Below, one piece after another: positions 1-9,811 of a DNA stretch of 64,000 nt. Both the position numbers and the translations under genes were made by a program. The notes beneath the pieces were generated by a model. It was given only the letters and a program-made list of their open reading frames with translations, was not told the origin of the DNA and made no database searches. The DNA is taken from positions 128,001 to 192,000 of the forward strand of contig DASCPX010000009.1 of the NCBI GenBank assembly GCA_036012755.1, written 5' to 3'. The first letter of the stretch is position 1. Each line of letters begins with the position of its first letter. This stretch comes from Myxococcota bacterium. Lineage in GTDB: Bacteria; Myxococcota_A; UBA796; CAJQPC01.

Positions 1-1223
1 CGCAGGTTGCCGGGCCAGCTGTGTTTCCGCAACAGCGCCATCGTGCGCCGCGACAACAACAGGTGCACCACGTCCTCGACCCGCGCCGGTGCCTTGTCAC
101 CGGCCACGACCTCCAACCGCGCTCCGCCGAGGCCGTGCTTGCCGCAGTACTCGGCGAAGATCTCGCCCAGCGAGGGGCTGGCCAGAGCGCGCTCGCAGCA
201 GAAACCGATGAGGCGTGGGAAGTCCAGCTTGCGCTCGCGCAAGGGGGGCAGCTCGACCGTGCAGGCCGGGTTGAGCCGCATGTGGAGATCGGCCCGGAAA
301 CGACCCTGACGCACCATCTCGCCGAGGTCCTCGTTCGTCGCCACCACGAGCTTGACGTCGACGCGGCGCTCGCGCACGTCGCCGATGCGCGTGACCGAGC
401 CCTCCTGGAGCACGGTCAACAGCAGCTTCTGGGCGTCCTCCGCGAGGTTGCCGATCTCGTCGAGGAAGAGTGTGCCGCCGTCGGCCTCCTCGAAGGCGCC
501 CTTTCTGTCGGCGACGCTGCCGGTGTAGCTGCCGCGAACGGAGCCGAAGAGGTGGGCCGCCATGAGGTTGGCTGGGATCGTGGAGAGGTCCACGACCACG
601 AAGCGTCCCTTCCGGCCCGAGCGGGGATGGATGAAGTGGCGGGCGATGAGGCTCTTTCCGGTACCCGTCGGACCACCCAGGATGATGGGAAGCCGGCCAC
701 GGGCGAGGGTCACGAGCTGGGACCGGATGCGACGCATGGCCATGCCGCGGCCCCAGAAGATTGGGCCCTCGCGCTCCATGCCGCGACGGGCCCGCAAGAC
801 CCCCTCGATCTGGGCGCGGAGCGAGTTCACGTCGACGTACTCGTCGTCGAGGAAGTAGGTGTATTCCTCCGCCGCCAGTTCCTCCGCCGCGCGATGCAGG
901 GGGACCTCGTCCAGCGAAGTCATCAGGATGACCGGCAGATCGGGGTGGCCCTGCCGCAGCTCTCTCAGGATGTGGACGCCCTGCTGCCGCCGGCAGGTCT
1001 CCAAAGCCGAGGCGTCGGCGCCCCGGGGCAGCCCCACGAGGTCTTCTGCCGGGATGTCGAAGTGCACATCGAGCAGCACGAGCTCTATGCGGCGCCTCTT
1101 GCGCAGCAGCTCGCGAGCTTCCCGCCAGCTCCGCGCCGGACCGTGGTAGTCGTGCTCCGGCATCGTCCGCCGGACGAGATCGGTGTACCGGTCCTGATCG
1201 TCGATGACGAGGATCTGGGCCAT
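1..1223 (-). CDS. sigma54-type (NtrC-like) response regulator, REC + AAA+; 3' end runs off the window
   Basis: Not in the ORF track; translated by hand from ATG 1223: MAQILVIDD...VLLD...ILMT receiver, Walker A GPTGTGKS, Walker B TLFLDEIG, FRADLHMRL, WPGNLR. TGATG overlap with the upstream gene. Confidence 0.92.
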   Translation of the reverse strand, partial: MAQILVIDDQDRYTDLVRRTMPEHDYHGPARSWREARELLRKRRRIELVLLDVHFDIPAEDLVGLPRGADASALETCRRQQGVHILRELRQGHPDLPVILMTSLDEVPLHRAAEELAAEEYTYFLDDEYVDVNSLRAQIEGVLRARRGMEREGPIFWGRGMAMRRIRSQLVTLARGRLPIILGGPTGTGKSLIARHFIHPRSGRKGRFVVVDLSTIPANLMAAHLFGSVRGSYTGSVADRKGAFEEADGGTLFLDEIGNLAEDAQKLLLTVLQEGSVTRIGDVRERRVDVKLVVATNEDLGEMVRQGRFRADLHMRLNPACTVELPPLRERKLDFPRLIGFCCERALASPSLGEIFAEYCGKHGLGGARLEVVAGDKAPARVEDVVHLLLSRRTMALLRKHSWPGNL

Positions 1224-1591
1224 CAGGCCTCCTTCAGCCCCTTGTGGAGGCGGGTCAGCTCGCTGGAGATTCGGTGCGCCGCCGCGGCGCAGGCGGCGAG
1301 CCCGTCGTGGTCGATGTCCCCGCTCTCCAGCTCGTCCGCGCGGGTGGCCAGGGTCTCGATGTCCTCGTCTATGAGGACGATGTCCAGGGAAAGAAGAGAC
1401 GGCCGGAGCCGCTTCCAGATGTCGAAGGCCGCCTCCGTGCCCGAGGGACCGCGCCGGGTCATGAGCACGTCGTTCCTCAGGGCCTCGAGCAGCTCGTCGT
1501 CACCGGCGTCCTCGGGCAACCAGCGGAGCTGGAACGAGACGTACTTCCCGAGATCGTGGCGGGCGGCGGCGAGGGCATGTCGATGGCTCAC
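1223..1591 (-). CDS. small helical hypothetical protein with H-box-like motif (RHDLGKY)
   Basis: GTG 1591 overlaps the upstream stop (GTGA); its stop overlaps the regulator ATG. Confidence 0.75.
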   Translation of the reverse strand: MSHRHALAAARHDLGKYVSFQLRWLPEDAGDDELLEALRNDVLMTRRGPSGTEAAFDIWKRLRPSLLSLDIVLIDEDIETLATRADELESGDIDHDGLAACAAAAHRISSELTRLHKGLKEA

Positions 1592-2541
1592 TTGAAGGAC
1601 TTCAACAAGGCTACGTAGTCGAGACCACGCGGGGCCGCCGGGGTTCGACAGCGGGTGTTGTGCAGCCACCCGACCCGCCTCCTGCACGCGACCACCACCG
1701 GGGCAACGTCACCCGGGCCCAGCTCCTCGACGAGGCGCTCCATCGCCTCCAGCGGGACGTGACCGCGACGCACGATGTCCTGGAAGAGGTTGGCGATCGC
1801 CCGCGGCCCGTGGCCCCGGGTCTTGCCGACCTCGATCGCAACGGCGCGGACCGCCGCGGCGTCGAGCCGACCCGCGCCGTAAAGGACCAACGCCGCCTGG
1901 AACCAGGAATACACGGGGACCAGCCGGGAGCCCAGCGGGGCGAAGCGCTGCGGGGGAACGCCCTTCTCCAGCCGGATGAAGATGCGCTCCACGGCCTCGG
2001 CCGTCGCGATGTTGTCCAGGGTCTCCACGGCGCGAGCCCGGGTGTCCGGGTAGGCGCCCGCGGCCTCCATGATGCGGCTCAGCTCGACCGGTGTGAGGCG
2101 TCCGGCGACCGCATCAGCGAAGACGGAGTAGACCACCGCGTCGATCTCGGCGTCGTCGCCGAAGAGGTGCTCGGTGACCGCCTGGCCCAGGCCCACGCGG
2201 CCGGACAGAAGCGCCGGCAGCTTGTAGCCGAACTGCCCCTTGATCGCGCGCAGGCGACCGCGGCGGAGGTTGCGCACGTTGTCCTTGAGGTGGAGCTCGG
2301 AGAAGTTGACGCCGTCCAGGCGGAGCTTCTGGGTGAGGACCTCGCGCATCTGCGTCGGCGAGCCGCTGAGAATGACCACGCGCGCCCCGGGCCTCCGCGA
2401 CAGCGCGCGCAACAAGGCCGCGGAGCCCGGCACGTTCCGCTTCTCCTCTGGCGCCTCGATCGCGCTCCGAACCAGTCCGCGGACCGAGTCGAAGTCGGTC
2501 TCCAGGTAGGTCTTGTCGAGGTCCCAGCGGTAGATCTCCAC
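1588..2541 (-). CDS. HAD-like phosphatase domain protein (App1/DUF2183-like)
   Basis: WDLDKTY (DxD motif I), ILSGSP, K, FGDDAEID motif IV; GTG start inferred. Confidence 0.8.
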   Translation of the reverse strand: MEIYRWDLDKTYLETDFDSVRGLVRSAIEAPEEKRNVPGSAALLRALSRRPGARVVILSGSPTQMREVLTQKLRLDGVNFSELHLKDNVRNLRRGRLRAIKGQFGYKLPALLSGRVGLGQAVTEHLFGDDAEIDAVVYSVFADAVAGRLTPVELSRIMEAAGAYPDTRARAVETLDNIATAEAVERIFIRLEKGVPPQRFAPLGSRLVPVYSWFQAALVLYGAGRLDAAAVRAVAIEVGKTRGHGPRAIANLFQDIVRRGHVPLEAMERLVEELGPGDVAPVVVACRRRVGWLHNTRCRTPAAPRGLDYVALLKSFK

Positions 2542-2551
2542 GGCGGGTTCC

Positions 2552-3835
2552 TTAACCGTCCACGCGCTGGAGACCTCGCAGGGGTGTGTCGAGCAGGGGC
2601 GCCAGCGCGGCAGCGACCGCGCCGTCGTAGCCAGGGTCCGAGGCGATGTCGAAGCTAGGAGGCGTCGACAGCCCGCGGAGGCTCTCCCGAACGCCGTCTC
2701 GAACGCGGCGACCGGTGATGCCCGTGAGCAACGACCCACCCGCCTCGACCTCCCGGAGTCCGGGCAAAAAAGTCCGCGCCTCGTGGATGGCGCCGCTCAT
2801 CAGCGTGGAGACCCACTCGGCGACCTCCCTCCCCTCGGGCCGCCCTGCTGAGAGCAGCTCGGCGAGGCGGTAGCCCGCGTCCCAGGCCCCGACCTCCTCG
2901 CCGAGGACCTCTGAGAGCGTCAAGGAGATCCCGTAGCCGGACAGGTATGACTTCATCGCTCCTGACAGGGGCAGGTAGGTGTGGGGACGAGCATCCGGCG
3001 CGCCGTCCACGATCAGGCGGCCCAGCTCCACGGCGTTCACGGTGCCGTCTGCGTCGATCCAGCAGCCGCCGAAGCTGGTGCCGATCTGGAGTCGCAGGAG
3101 CCGCCTTCGACCCAACCCCGAGAGGTGGCGGCCGAGGTTGGCCAGGTCGTTGTAGCAGGCGACCGGCCCCGCCGTGATGCCCGCGGAGATCTGGCTCGGG
3201 AGGTCGGCGAGCGCCTCCGTCCCACCGAGCTTCTCTCTCATGACGGTCGAGAGCCCCACGATGTGACCGCCGACTCCCATGGGCGAAGCGAAGCCGATGC
3301 CGAGTGAGCCGACCGGATCCGGCCCCGCGACCTCGGCCACCAGCTCGCGGGCTCGTCGCACCAGGGAGTCGATGCCGGAGGAGCCCGCTGGCCAGGTGCG
3401 ACCATGGGCGCGGCGGACGATGCGGCCCTCGACGAGGGCACAGGCCTTCATCCCTGTTCCGCCGATGTCCAGGCCCACGGCGACACCGGGGAGCGCTCGC
3501 CCCCTCTGTCGTTGCTCGATCGCAGGCAGATCCAGGGTGCCCTCGGCCAGCCGGGGCATGCGGTCATCGCCCCACGCCAGCGGGATCTTGTGGACCCGGG
3601 CCAACACCTCGAGGCCGTCTACGCGGGGCCCGTGGATGCGGACCGCCGCAGGCTGGAGCAGCAAGACCCCGTTGTGGACGCGGGCGAGCACATCCGGCGC
3701 TGCTGTCACAGGGGCGAACCACTCGAACCAGCGCTCGGCGGCACCGGCGCCGTGACCGTGGGCGAAGCTGACTCGCCACTGGACGGCCCGGCGCTGGCGC
3801 CGGTGGCGGGAGAAACGCGCTTCGAGGGTGTCCAT
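2552..3835 (-). CDS. ROK family sugar kinase/regulator with N-terminal extension
   Basis: VGLDIGGT, GIGFASP, NDLAN, IGTSFGG, ELG motifs. Confidence 0.8.
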   Translation of the reverse strand: MDTLEARFSRHRRQRRAVQWRVSFAHGHGAGAAERWFEWFAPVTAAPDVLARVHNGVLLLQPAAVRIHGPRVDGLEVLARVHKIPLAWGDDRMPRLAEGTLDLPAIEQRQRGRALPGVAVGLDIGGTGMKACALVEGRIVRRAHGRTWPAGSSGIDSLVRRARELVAEVAGPDPVGSLGIGFASPMGVGGHIVGLSTVMREKLGGTEALADLPSQISAGITAGPVACYNDLANLGRHLSGLGRRRLLRLQIGTSFGGCWIDADGTVNAVELGRLIVDGAPDARPHTYLPLSGAMKSYLSGYGISLTLSEVLGEEVGAWDAGYRLAELLSAGRPEGREVAEWVSTLMSGAIHEARTFLPGLREVEAGGSLLTGITGRRVRDGVRESLRGLSTPPSFDIASDPGYDGAVAAALAPLLDTPLRGLQRVDG

Positions 3836-3993
3836 TCTCTCTCAAGGACCGGTGGTGCCTGCGACCCGCACAGACGAGGCGCATCGACATCTCAGAGGAT
3901 CACCACCGATGACACGACGGCAAGGCCTGCCCCTCTCTGCGCTGGCGCTGGCAGCCTGCGCCCTGCTCGCGCTGGCGAGCCGCCTGCCGAGGC

Positions 3994-4923
3994 TCAGTCG
4001 ATCCGAGCAGGACTCCACGCCGCTACGACGGGCTTCCCTGCGATGAATGGCATCCAGACCTCTCCGGCGACCACGACCGGGTCTCCGAGCAGGATCGCTT
4101 CGTGGGTGAACAGCCCGGTGCCCTGGAGCACCGCGCGCTCTAGCCCGTCCTTCTCTTCGATCCAGCCCAGCGCGCCTCCGGAGGCTCGAGGCTGAGCGGC
4201 GGTCCAGCCTTCGAGCAAGGTCGGGAGGATCTCGTCCCCGCGATGGATCACGCCCTCCGCGGCAGCGACGGGCACCTCTCCGTCGAAGACCGGACCGTCG
4301 GCGACGCAGCCTCCGCCGAGCTCGATCAGCTCGCCGTCGACCATGATCCCCTCCGGCACACGCCAGGCAACCTGCCCTTCCGCGGAGATCGCCGGGCGAC
4401 TCTCGGCGCAGGCCCCCTCGACCACAGCGAGCCCGTCGTAGAAGAGCGCTCCGCCCTCTGCCACCCAGGAGACGACAGGCTCGCCGTCCACCACTCCGAG
4501 GGTCAGCGGCCCGCCGCGTTCGGCCAATGCCTCGCTCTGCCAACCCTCCGGGCTGCGCTCTGCGAGCTTGGGCACTCCCTCGGAAACATAGGCGATCACT
4601 GGCCGTCCCAGGGCGATGGCCAGCCGCGGGAGCGTCTGCGCGTCCGGGCCGACCACGACCTGCGAGTCGATCTTCGTCGGGGGAGTCCAGCCACGCCCGG
4701 AGTCCAGCGAGGTGGCGGCCCAGAGCTCCCCGTCGAGGACCCACGCGGAGAGGATGATCGTCGGCCCCGCCCAGCTCCCGGAGAGGTCCCGGGGTCCGGT
4801 CGCCGCCAAGGCCAGGGCCTGCGCGTACTCCCAGGGGCCGCGAATGACCCGCACCACTGGCCCTGGCGCGGGCTCGATCGCGGTCGTCTTCGATCCGGTA
4901 CAGGCCAACAGCAGGATCAACAT
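3994..4923 (-). CDS. hypothetical lipoprotein (sialidase/BNR-like repeat)
   Basis: MLILLLAC start; SLDSGRGW resembles an Asp-box (SxDxGxxW). Confidence 0.7.
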   Translation of the reverse strand: MLILLLACTGSKTTAIEPAPGPVVRVIRGPWEYAQALALAATGPRDLSGSWAGPTIILSAWVLDGELWAATSLDSGRGWTPPTKIDSQVVVGPDAQTLPRLAIALGRPVIAYVSEGVPKLAERSPEGWQSEALAERGGPLTLGVVDGEPVVSWVAEGGALFYDGLAVVEGACAESRPAISAEGQVAWRVPEGIMVDGELIELGGGCVADGPVFDGEVPVAAAEGVIHRGDEILPTLLEGWTAAQPRASGGALGWIEEKDGLERAVLQGTGLFTHEAILLGDPVVVAGEVWMPFIAGKPVVAAWSPARID

Positions 4924-5030
4924 GCACGAATCCTGCACAACAACCGGGCCTGCCCGCAAGGATGTGGCCCTTTTCCCCGCACGGCTCCTGCATAGGCTCA
5001 GTACCGACCCTATGATCGACGGGAGGTCGA

Positions 5031-5726
5031 ATGATCGGAGCAGACATCCTCATCGTGGACGACGACGACAACCTCAGGGAGGTCGTTCGCTATGCCCTCG
5101 ACCGAGCCGGCTTCAGCGTGCGCGAGGCCTGCGACGGGCGCGCCGCGATGCGCGAGTTCGGCAGCCGGGCACCGGACCTGGTGGTGCTGGACGTGCTCAT
5201 GCCAGAGATGGACGGCATCGAGGTCTGCCGCGCCATTCGGCGCACCTCGCAGGTCCCGATCGTCTTCTTGAGCAGCCGGGACGAAGAGGTCGACAAGGTC
5301 CTGGGTCTGGAGCTCGGCGGCGACGACTACGTCACGAAGCCCTTCAGCCCACGAGAGCTCGTCAGCCGGGTCAAGGCCGTGCTGCGCCGCAGCCTGCCCG
5401 CGACCGCCCGCAACGAGGACGACGAGACCGTGCTCCGCTCCGGACCGATCCGCATGAACCCGGAGCGCCACCGGGTGTGGGTCGAGGACGACGAGGTCCG
5501 TCTCACCGTCACCGAGTTCCGCTTGCTGCAGGTCCTCCTGCGCCGCCCCGGGCGCGTCTACACACGAGACGAGCTCGTGGATCGGGCATATCCGGGCAAC
5601 CACCACGTCTCTGACCGCACCCTCGACTCGCACGTCCGGCGCATTCGCCAGAAGTTCCGGGAGCACGAGATGGACCCGGTCGAGACGGTCCACGGGCTGG
5701 GGTACCGGCTCCGCCAGCTGGCGTGA
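5031..5726 (+). CDS. OmpR/PhoB-family response regulator
   Basis: ILIVDDD, LDVLMP, DDYVTKPF, winged helix (RTLDSHVRRIRQK, TVHGLGYR); GGAGG SD. Confidence 0.96.
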   Translation: MIGADILIVDDDDNLREVVRYALDRAGFSVREACDGRAAMREFGSRAPDLVVLDVLMPEMDGIEVCRAIRRTSQVPIVFLSSRDEEVDKVLGLELGGDDYVTKPFSPRELVSRVKAVLRRSLPATARNEDDETVLRSGPIRMNPERHRVWVEDDEVRLTVTEFRLLQVLLRRPGRVYTRDELVDRAYPGNHHVSDRTLDSHVRRIRQKFREHEMDPVETVHGLGYRLRQLA

Positions 5727-7234
5727 ACGACGGCCGCTCGCCGCCGACCCTGCGCCCCTCCAGGACCGAGGTGCCCCACGAGCTGAGCGGGCTCTCGATG
5801 ATCCTGCCGCTGCGCACGTGGCTGTTGTTCTCGCACATGGCGGTCCTGACGCTGCCGCTGTTGGCGGTCCTGTCGACGGGTGCTCTGGCCTACGACCTGT
5901 CGATGCAGACCAAGAGCGAGCTCATCAACCAGGCCTCGCTCATCACGCTGCTGGTGCAGATCGAGCTGGAGCACGCGCGCGAGGACAACCCCGAGGCCAC
6001 CGTTCACGACATCGCCTGGCGTCTGTCGCCGACGCTGCACCAGGCTCGACGGCAGACCCTCGCAGCCTTTCGGGTGACCGACGAACACGGGATCGTGGTC
6101 TCGACCTCTGGAGAGGGCCTGGGCCGTGATCTGTCCGATGATCCGGAGGTCGCGGACGCGCTGGCAGGCCTACCCGGGACAGACGTACGCCCACGCCAGC
6201 AGGGCAGCTCGCGCCAGCCCCTGTCGTCGCCCTCGCGCCGAGCAGATGTCCGCGTCTTCCAGACGATGCCGGTGCGCTACGAGGGAGAGCTCGTGGGCGT
6301 GGTGCTGCTCTCGCGCACTCCACGCGAAGAGATCCAGGCCCTCTACCAGATGTCCCCTCGCCTGATCTGGGGTGCGCTGGCCTGCGTGCTGTTGACCATG
6401 GCCCTGTCCTGGCGCTGGGCCACCCTCGGGAGCCGCTCGCTGAAGCGCCTCGCGGACGCAGCCCAGCGCGTCGCCGAGGGAGATCTCGACCAGGTCTCGC
6501 GCCTCGACGACATCCACGGATCCCACGTCGCAGAGGTCGGCGAGGTCGCCAGGGCCTTCGCGACGACCGGAGAGCAGCTGCGCGCAAGACTCCGTTATAT
6601 CAGTGAGTTCGCTGGCAATGTCTCACATGAATTCAAGACTCCGATCGCGACCTTGCGTGGCACGATCGAGCTCCTCGGGGACGACGAGGACATGCCTCCG
6701 GAGCAGCGGGCGCGGTTCCTCGAAAACGCCAACGCGGAGCTCGTCCGCCTCGAGCGACTCGTGACGGGGCTCCTCCGTCTTGCCCGAGCCGAGGAGCTGG
6801 CCGTGCGAGATCCGGTCACCCTCGACGACCTCATCGAGGCCGTCGCCGAGCGCTTCCCGAGTGCCCGGATCGAGGGCAGTGCAGGCGAGGTGCTCGGGAG
6901 CGGCGAGCAGCTGGAGAGCGCCATCGCGAACCTGGTCGAGAACGCGCTCCAGCACGGCGGAGAGGACGTCCAGGTGGTCATCCGGGGCTGGGCCATGGGT
7001 GAGCGCACGGGAGTCGAGGTCGAGGACGACGGCGCGGGCATCAGCCCAGCGAACCAGAAGCACATCTTCGAGCGCTTCTTCACGACGGGCCGGAACACCG
7101 GCGGCACCGGCCTGGGCCTGGCACTGGTCCAGGCCATCTGCCGGACACACGGCGGCAAGGTCAGCGTCCAGTCCCGGCCCGGACGGACGAAGTTCAGGAT
7201 CTCCCTCCCCCGCCGGCCCCTGACGGCGGACTGA
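5723..7234 (+). CDS. membrane sensor histidine kinase (HAMP-HisKA-HATPase); start may be 5798
   Basis: Two TM segments, SHEFKTP H-box, NLVENA N-box, DDGAGI, GTGLGL. Confidence 0.95.
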   Translation: MNDGRSPPTLRPSRTEVPHELSGLSMILPLRTWLLFSHMAVLTLPLLAVLSTGALAYDLSMQTKSELINQASLITLLVQIELEHAREDNPEATVHDIAWRLSPTLHQARRQTLAAFRVTDEHGIVVSTSGEGLGRDLSDDPEVADALAGLPGTDVRPRQQGSSRQPLSSPSRRADVRVFQTMPVRYEGELVGVVLLSRTPREEIQALYQMSPRLIWGALACVLLTMALSWRWATLGSRSLKRLADAAQRVAEGDLDQVSRLDDIHGSHVAEVGEVARAFATTGEQLRARLRYISEFAGNVSHEFKTPIATLRGTIELLGDDEDMPPEQRARFLENANAELVRLERLVTGLLRLARAEELAVRDPVTLDDLIEAVAERFPSARIEGSAGEVLGSGEQLESAIANLVENALQHGGEDVQVVIRGWAMGERTGVEVEDDGAGISPANQKHIFERFFTTGRNTGGTGLGLALVQAICRTHGGKVSVQSRPGRTKFRISLPRRPLTAD

Positions 7235-7235
7235 T

Positions 7236-8054
7236 CTACTCGCGCGTGTACTCGTTGTCGCGATCGTCGCAGACCTCTCCGGCGGCGAAGCTGACGGTGT
7301 TGCCGAGGTGCTCGTCCAGGCCGTTCTTGACGGTCGTCGCGTAGAAGTCGTCCGTGACGCCGGTGAGGGTCACGCTCGACCACATGCTGTAGAAGCGCAG
7401 CACCGTCGAGCCGTCTTCGCTCGGAAGCCAGAAGATGAGGTCGTAGCGCTGATCCCAGGTGCCGTCGCCGTCGTAGGCGCTGGCCTGGTTCGGTAGCCAG
7501 GACACCGCGACGACGGCCTTGCGTCCGTCCTCGAGTTCGACCCAGCGATAGTCGCGCTTCATGTCGAGCCAGACGTTGTTGAGGCTGTCGATCTCGATCT
7601 CGTGCGAGGTCTCCAGCGTGTCGCAGCTGCCGTCGGCGAAGCAGGCCTCGTCCGTGTCGAAGGTCTGGGCGTGGTAGACGGTCGTGCCCGACGCGATGCA
7701 GACCTGGTTCTGGTCGAGCATCAGCTCGAGCTGGGTGTCCATGTCGTCGCCGACCTCGCCGGCGACCGCCACCGGCACCTGGGCCTCCTCGTCGAAGCTG
7801 CCGGGAACGTCCAGATCGCCGAGACGGGACTCCGGGAGGCTGGGCGGCGTGACGGCGCGGTCGTCGACGTCGTCGTCGAGTGACAGCGGAAGCGTGACCA
7901 GCCAGTTCTCCAGCGACAGGGCAGCGGCCGGGAGCGCCTCCGCGCCGTCGTCGCCTGTTCCGTCGAAGTTCTCGACCATGTAGAGCGTGAGCTCTCCGAT
8001 CTCGGCGGGGGCCTCGATCGGCGGCTTGCAGGCGAAGAGTGCGGTGATGAGCAT
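7236..8054 (-). CDS. hypothetical acidic lipoprotein
   Basis: MLITALFAC start with GGAGG SD; GC3-rich frame. Confidence 0.8.
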   Translation of the reverse strand: MLITALFACKPPIEAPAEIGELTLYMVENFDGTGDDGAEALPAAALSLENWLVTLPLSLDDDVDDRAVTPPSLPESRLGDLDVPGSFDEEAQVPVAVAGEVGDDMDTQLELMLDQNQVCIASGTTVYHAQTFDTDEACFADGSCDTLETSHEIEIDSLNNVWLDMKRDYRWVELEDGRKAVVAVSWLPNQASAYDGDGTWDQRYDLIFWLPSEDGSTVLRFYSMWSSVTLTGVTDDFYATTVKNGLDEHLGNTVSFAAGEVCDDRDNEYTRE

Positions 8055-8091
8055 GCGATCCTCCAGGACCCGCCAAGCTAACCGCGGAGCT

Positions 8092-9792
8092 TCACATACG
8101 CTCCAAAGGCTCGATCCCGAGGAGATCCAGGCCGGTCTCGAGGGTCCGACTCGTGGCCTCGATGAGCGTGGTCCTCGTGACGCGGTCGTCGCCCTCGCTG
8201 TCGAGCACGCGGAGTGTTGCGTAGAAGCGGTTCAGGGTCTTCGACAGCCCAAAGAGGTAGTCGCAGAGCATGTTCGGACGGTAGGCCGACAGGGCGCTCT
8301 CGATGGCGGCGGGGAAGCGCAGGAGCGTCGTGGTGAGCTCGCGCTCCAGTGGGTGTCGGGGCGAAAACGGGTGAAGGCTCCGGTCCAGACCGCCCTTGTT
8401 CTGGATGCTGCGACAGCGGGCCAGCGAGTACATCAAGAAGGGCGCCGTGTTGCCATCGAGGGACAGCATGCGGTCCCACTCGAAGGTGACGTTGGACTGG
8501 GGGTTCTGGGAGAGGTCGGCGTAGCGGACGGCTCCGCAGCCGATGGCCTCTGAGATCGCGGCCCGCTCCTCCTCCGACAGCTGCGAGGACTTCGCGTCGA
8601 CGACCTCGCGAGCCCTCCGCGCCGCCTCGTCGAGCACGTCCTTGAGGCGGATGACGTTGCCCTCGCGAGAGGACATCGCCCCCTCGGGCAGGCTGAGCAG
8701 GCCGAACCAGACATGCTGCAGGACCCCGTCATCGACCCAGCCGAGCTTCTTGCAGGCGGCGAAGAGCTGGCGGAAGTGGTGCTGCTGGCGGGTGTCGGTG
8801 ACGTAGATGATCTCGACCGGCTCCCACTCCCGCATCCGCAGACGCACCGTCGCGAGGTCCGTGGTGCCGTAGAGGGCAGCGCCGTCGGCCTTGCGGATGA
8901 GCATCGGCTTGTCGCCGAGGCCCTTGCCGTCGGCCTTGTCGAAGGGAATGACGACCGCGCCCCGGCTGTGCTCGGCGACGCCGCTCTCGAGCAGCTCCTC
9001 CACCAGGGGCTGGAGCTCTGCGTCGTAGTGGGACTCGCCATAGGTCACGTCGAAGGAGATGCCGAGCCGGTCGTAGAGGACATCGAACTCCTTCATCGAG
9101 GCACCGATGAAGCGGGTCCAGAGCGCCCGGTTGCCCGCGTCACCGGCCTGGAGCTTCGCCGTCTCCTCCCGCGCCCGCGCTTGCATCTCGTCGGTCGCGT
9201 CCTGCGAGAACCGCACGTAGATGCGCTCGAGCTCGCCGATGGGATCGGCGTCGAAGGCAACCTCGTCGACCCACTCGTGCCAGGCGACGATGAGCTTGCC
9301 GAACTGGGTGCCCCAGTCTCCGATGTGGTTGTCGGCGACGACCTCGTGTCCGGCGAAGCGGTGCAGGCGGTCCAAGGCGGCGCCGATGACCGTGGAGCGC
9401 AGGTGGCCAACATGCATGCGCTTGGCGACGTTCGGCGAGGAGTAGTCGATCACGACGCAGCCGGAGCGCTCCGAGACGCCCATGCGCGGGGAGAGGAGCT
9501 GCTCGACCAGAGCCGCCCCGAGGAACTCGTCGCTCAACGTCAGGTTGATGAAGCCCGGTCCGGCCACCTCTGTGCCGCGGATCGCTGGATGGTCGGCCAG
9601 CAGGGCGTTGACCTGCTCCGCGATCTGCCGCGGTGCCTTCCTCGCGACCTTGGCCAGGCGGAAGGCCCCGTTCCACTGGTAGTCGCCATGAGCGCTGGCC
9701 TTCGTGGCCTGGACGTGGTCGATCGAGGCGTCGATTCCCGCCGCCGTGACCGCATCCTGGATGAGCTGAGTGAGGGTCTGGACCAGTGCCAT
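8092..9792 (-). CDS. argS: arginine--tRNA ligase
   Basis: DYSSPNVAKRMHVGHLRS (HIGH), GDWGTQFG, MSSREG, C-terminal anticodon-binding domain. Confidence 0.98.
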   Translation of the reverse strand: MALVQTLTQLIQDAVTAAGIDASIDHVQATKASAHGDYQWNGAFRLAKVARKAPRQIAEQVNALLADHPAIRGTEVAGPGFINLTLSDEFLGAALVEQLLSPRMGVSERSGCVVIDYSSPNVAKRMHVGHLRSTVIGAALDRLHRFAGHEVVADNHIGDWGTQFGKLIVAWHEWVDEVAFDADPIGELERIYVRFSQDATDEMQARAREETAKLQAGDAGNRALWTRFIGASMKEFDVLYDRLGISFDVTYGESHYDAELQPLVEELLESGVAEHSRGAVVIPFDKADGKGLGDKPMLIRKADGAALYGTTDLATVRLRMREWEPVEIIYVTDTRQQHHFRQLFAACKKLGWVDDGVLQHVWFGLLSLPEGAMSSREGNVIRLKDVLDEAARRAREVVDAKSSQLSEEERAAISEAIGCGAVRYADLSQNPQSNVTFEWDRMLSLDGNTAPFLMYSLARCRSIQNKGGLDRSLHPFSPRHPLERELTTTLLRFPAAIESALSAYRPNMLCDYLFGLSKTLNRFYATLRVLDSEGDDRVTRTTLIEATSRTLETGLDLLGIEPLERM

Positions 9793-9811
9793 CTCGTCCT
9801 CCGGGCGCGAA

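Noticed and set aside
21..1595. 524-aa + strand ORF and many similar long ORFs (e.g. 22365-24683, 28106-30691, 45887-49852, 55163-58099)
   Set aside because: Antisense or alternate-frame shadows of clear genes; high GC3 keeps such frames open and they carry no motifs.
3828..4046. Short + strand ORF with a hydrophobic stretch
   Set aside because: Overlaps a better-supported - strand gene and has no convincing SD or motif.
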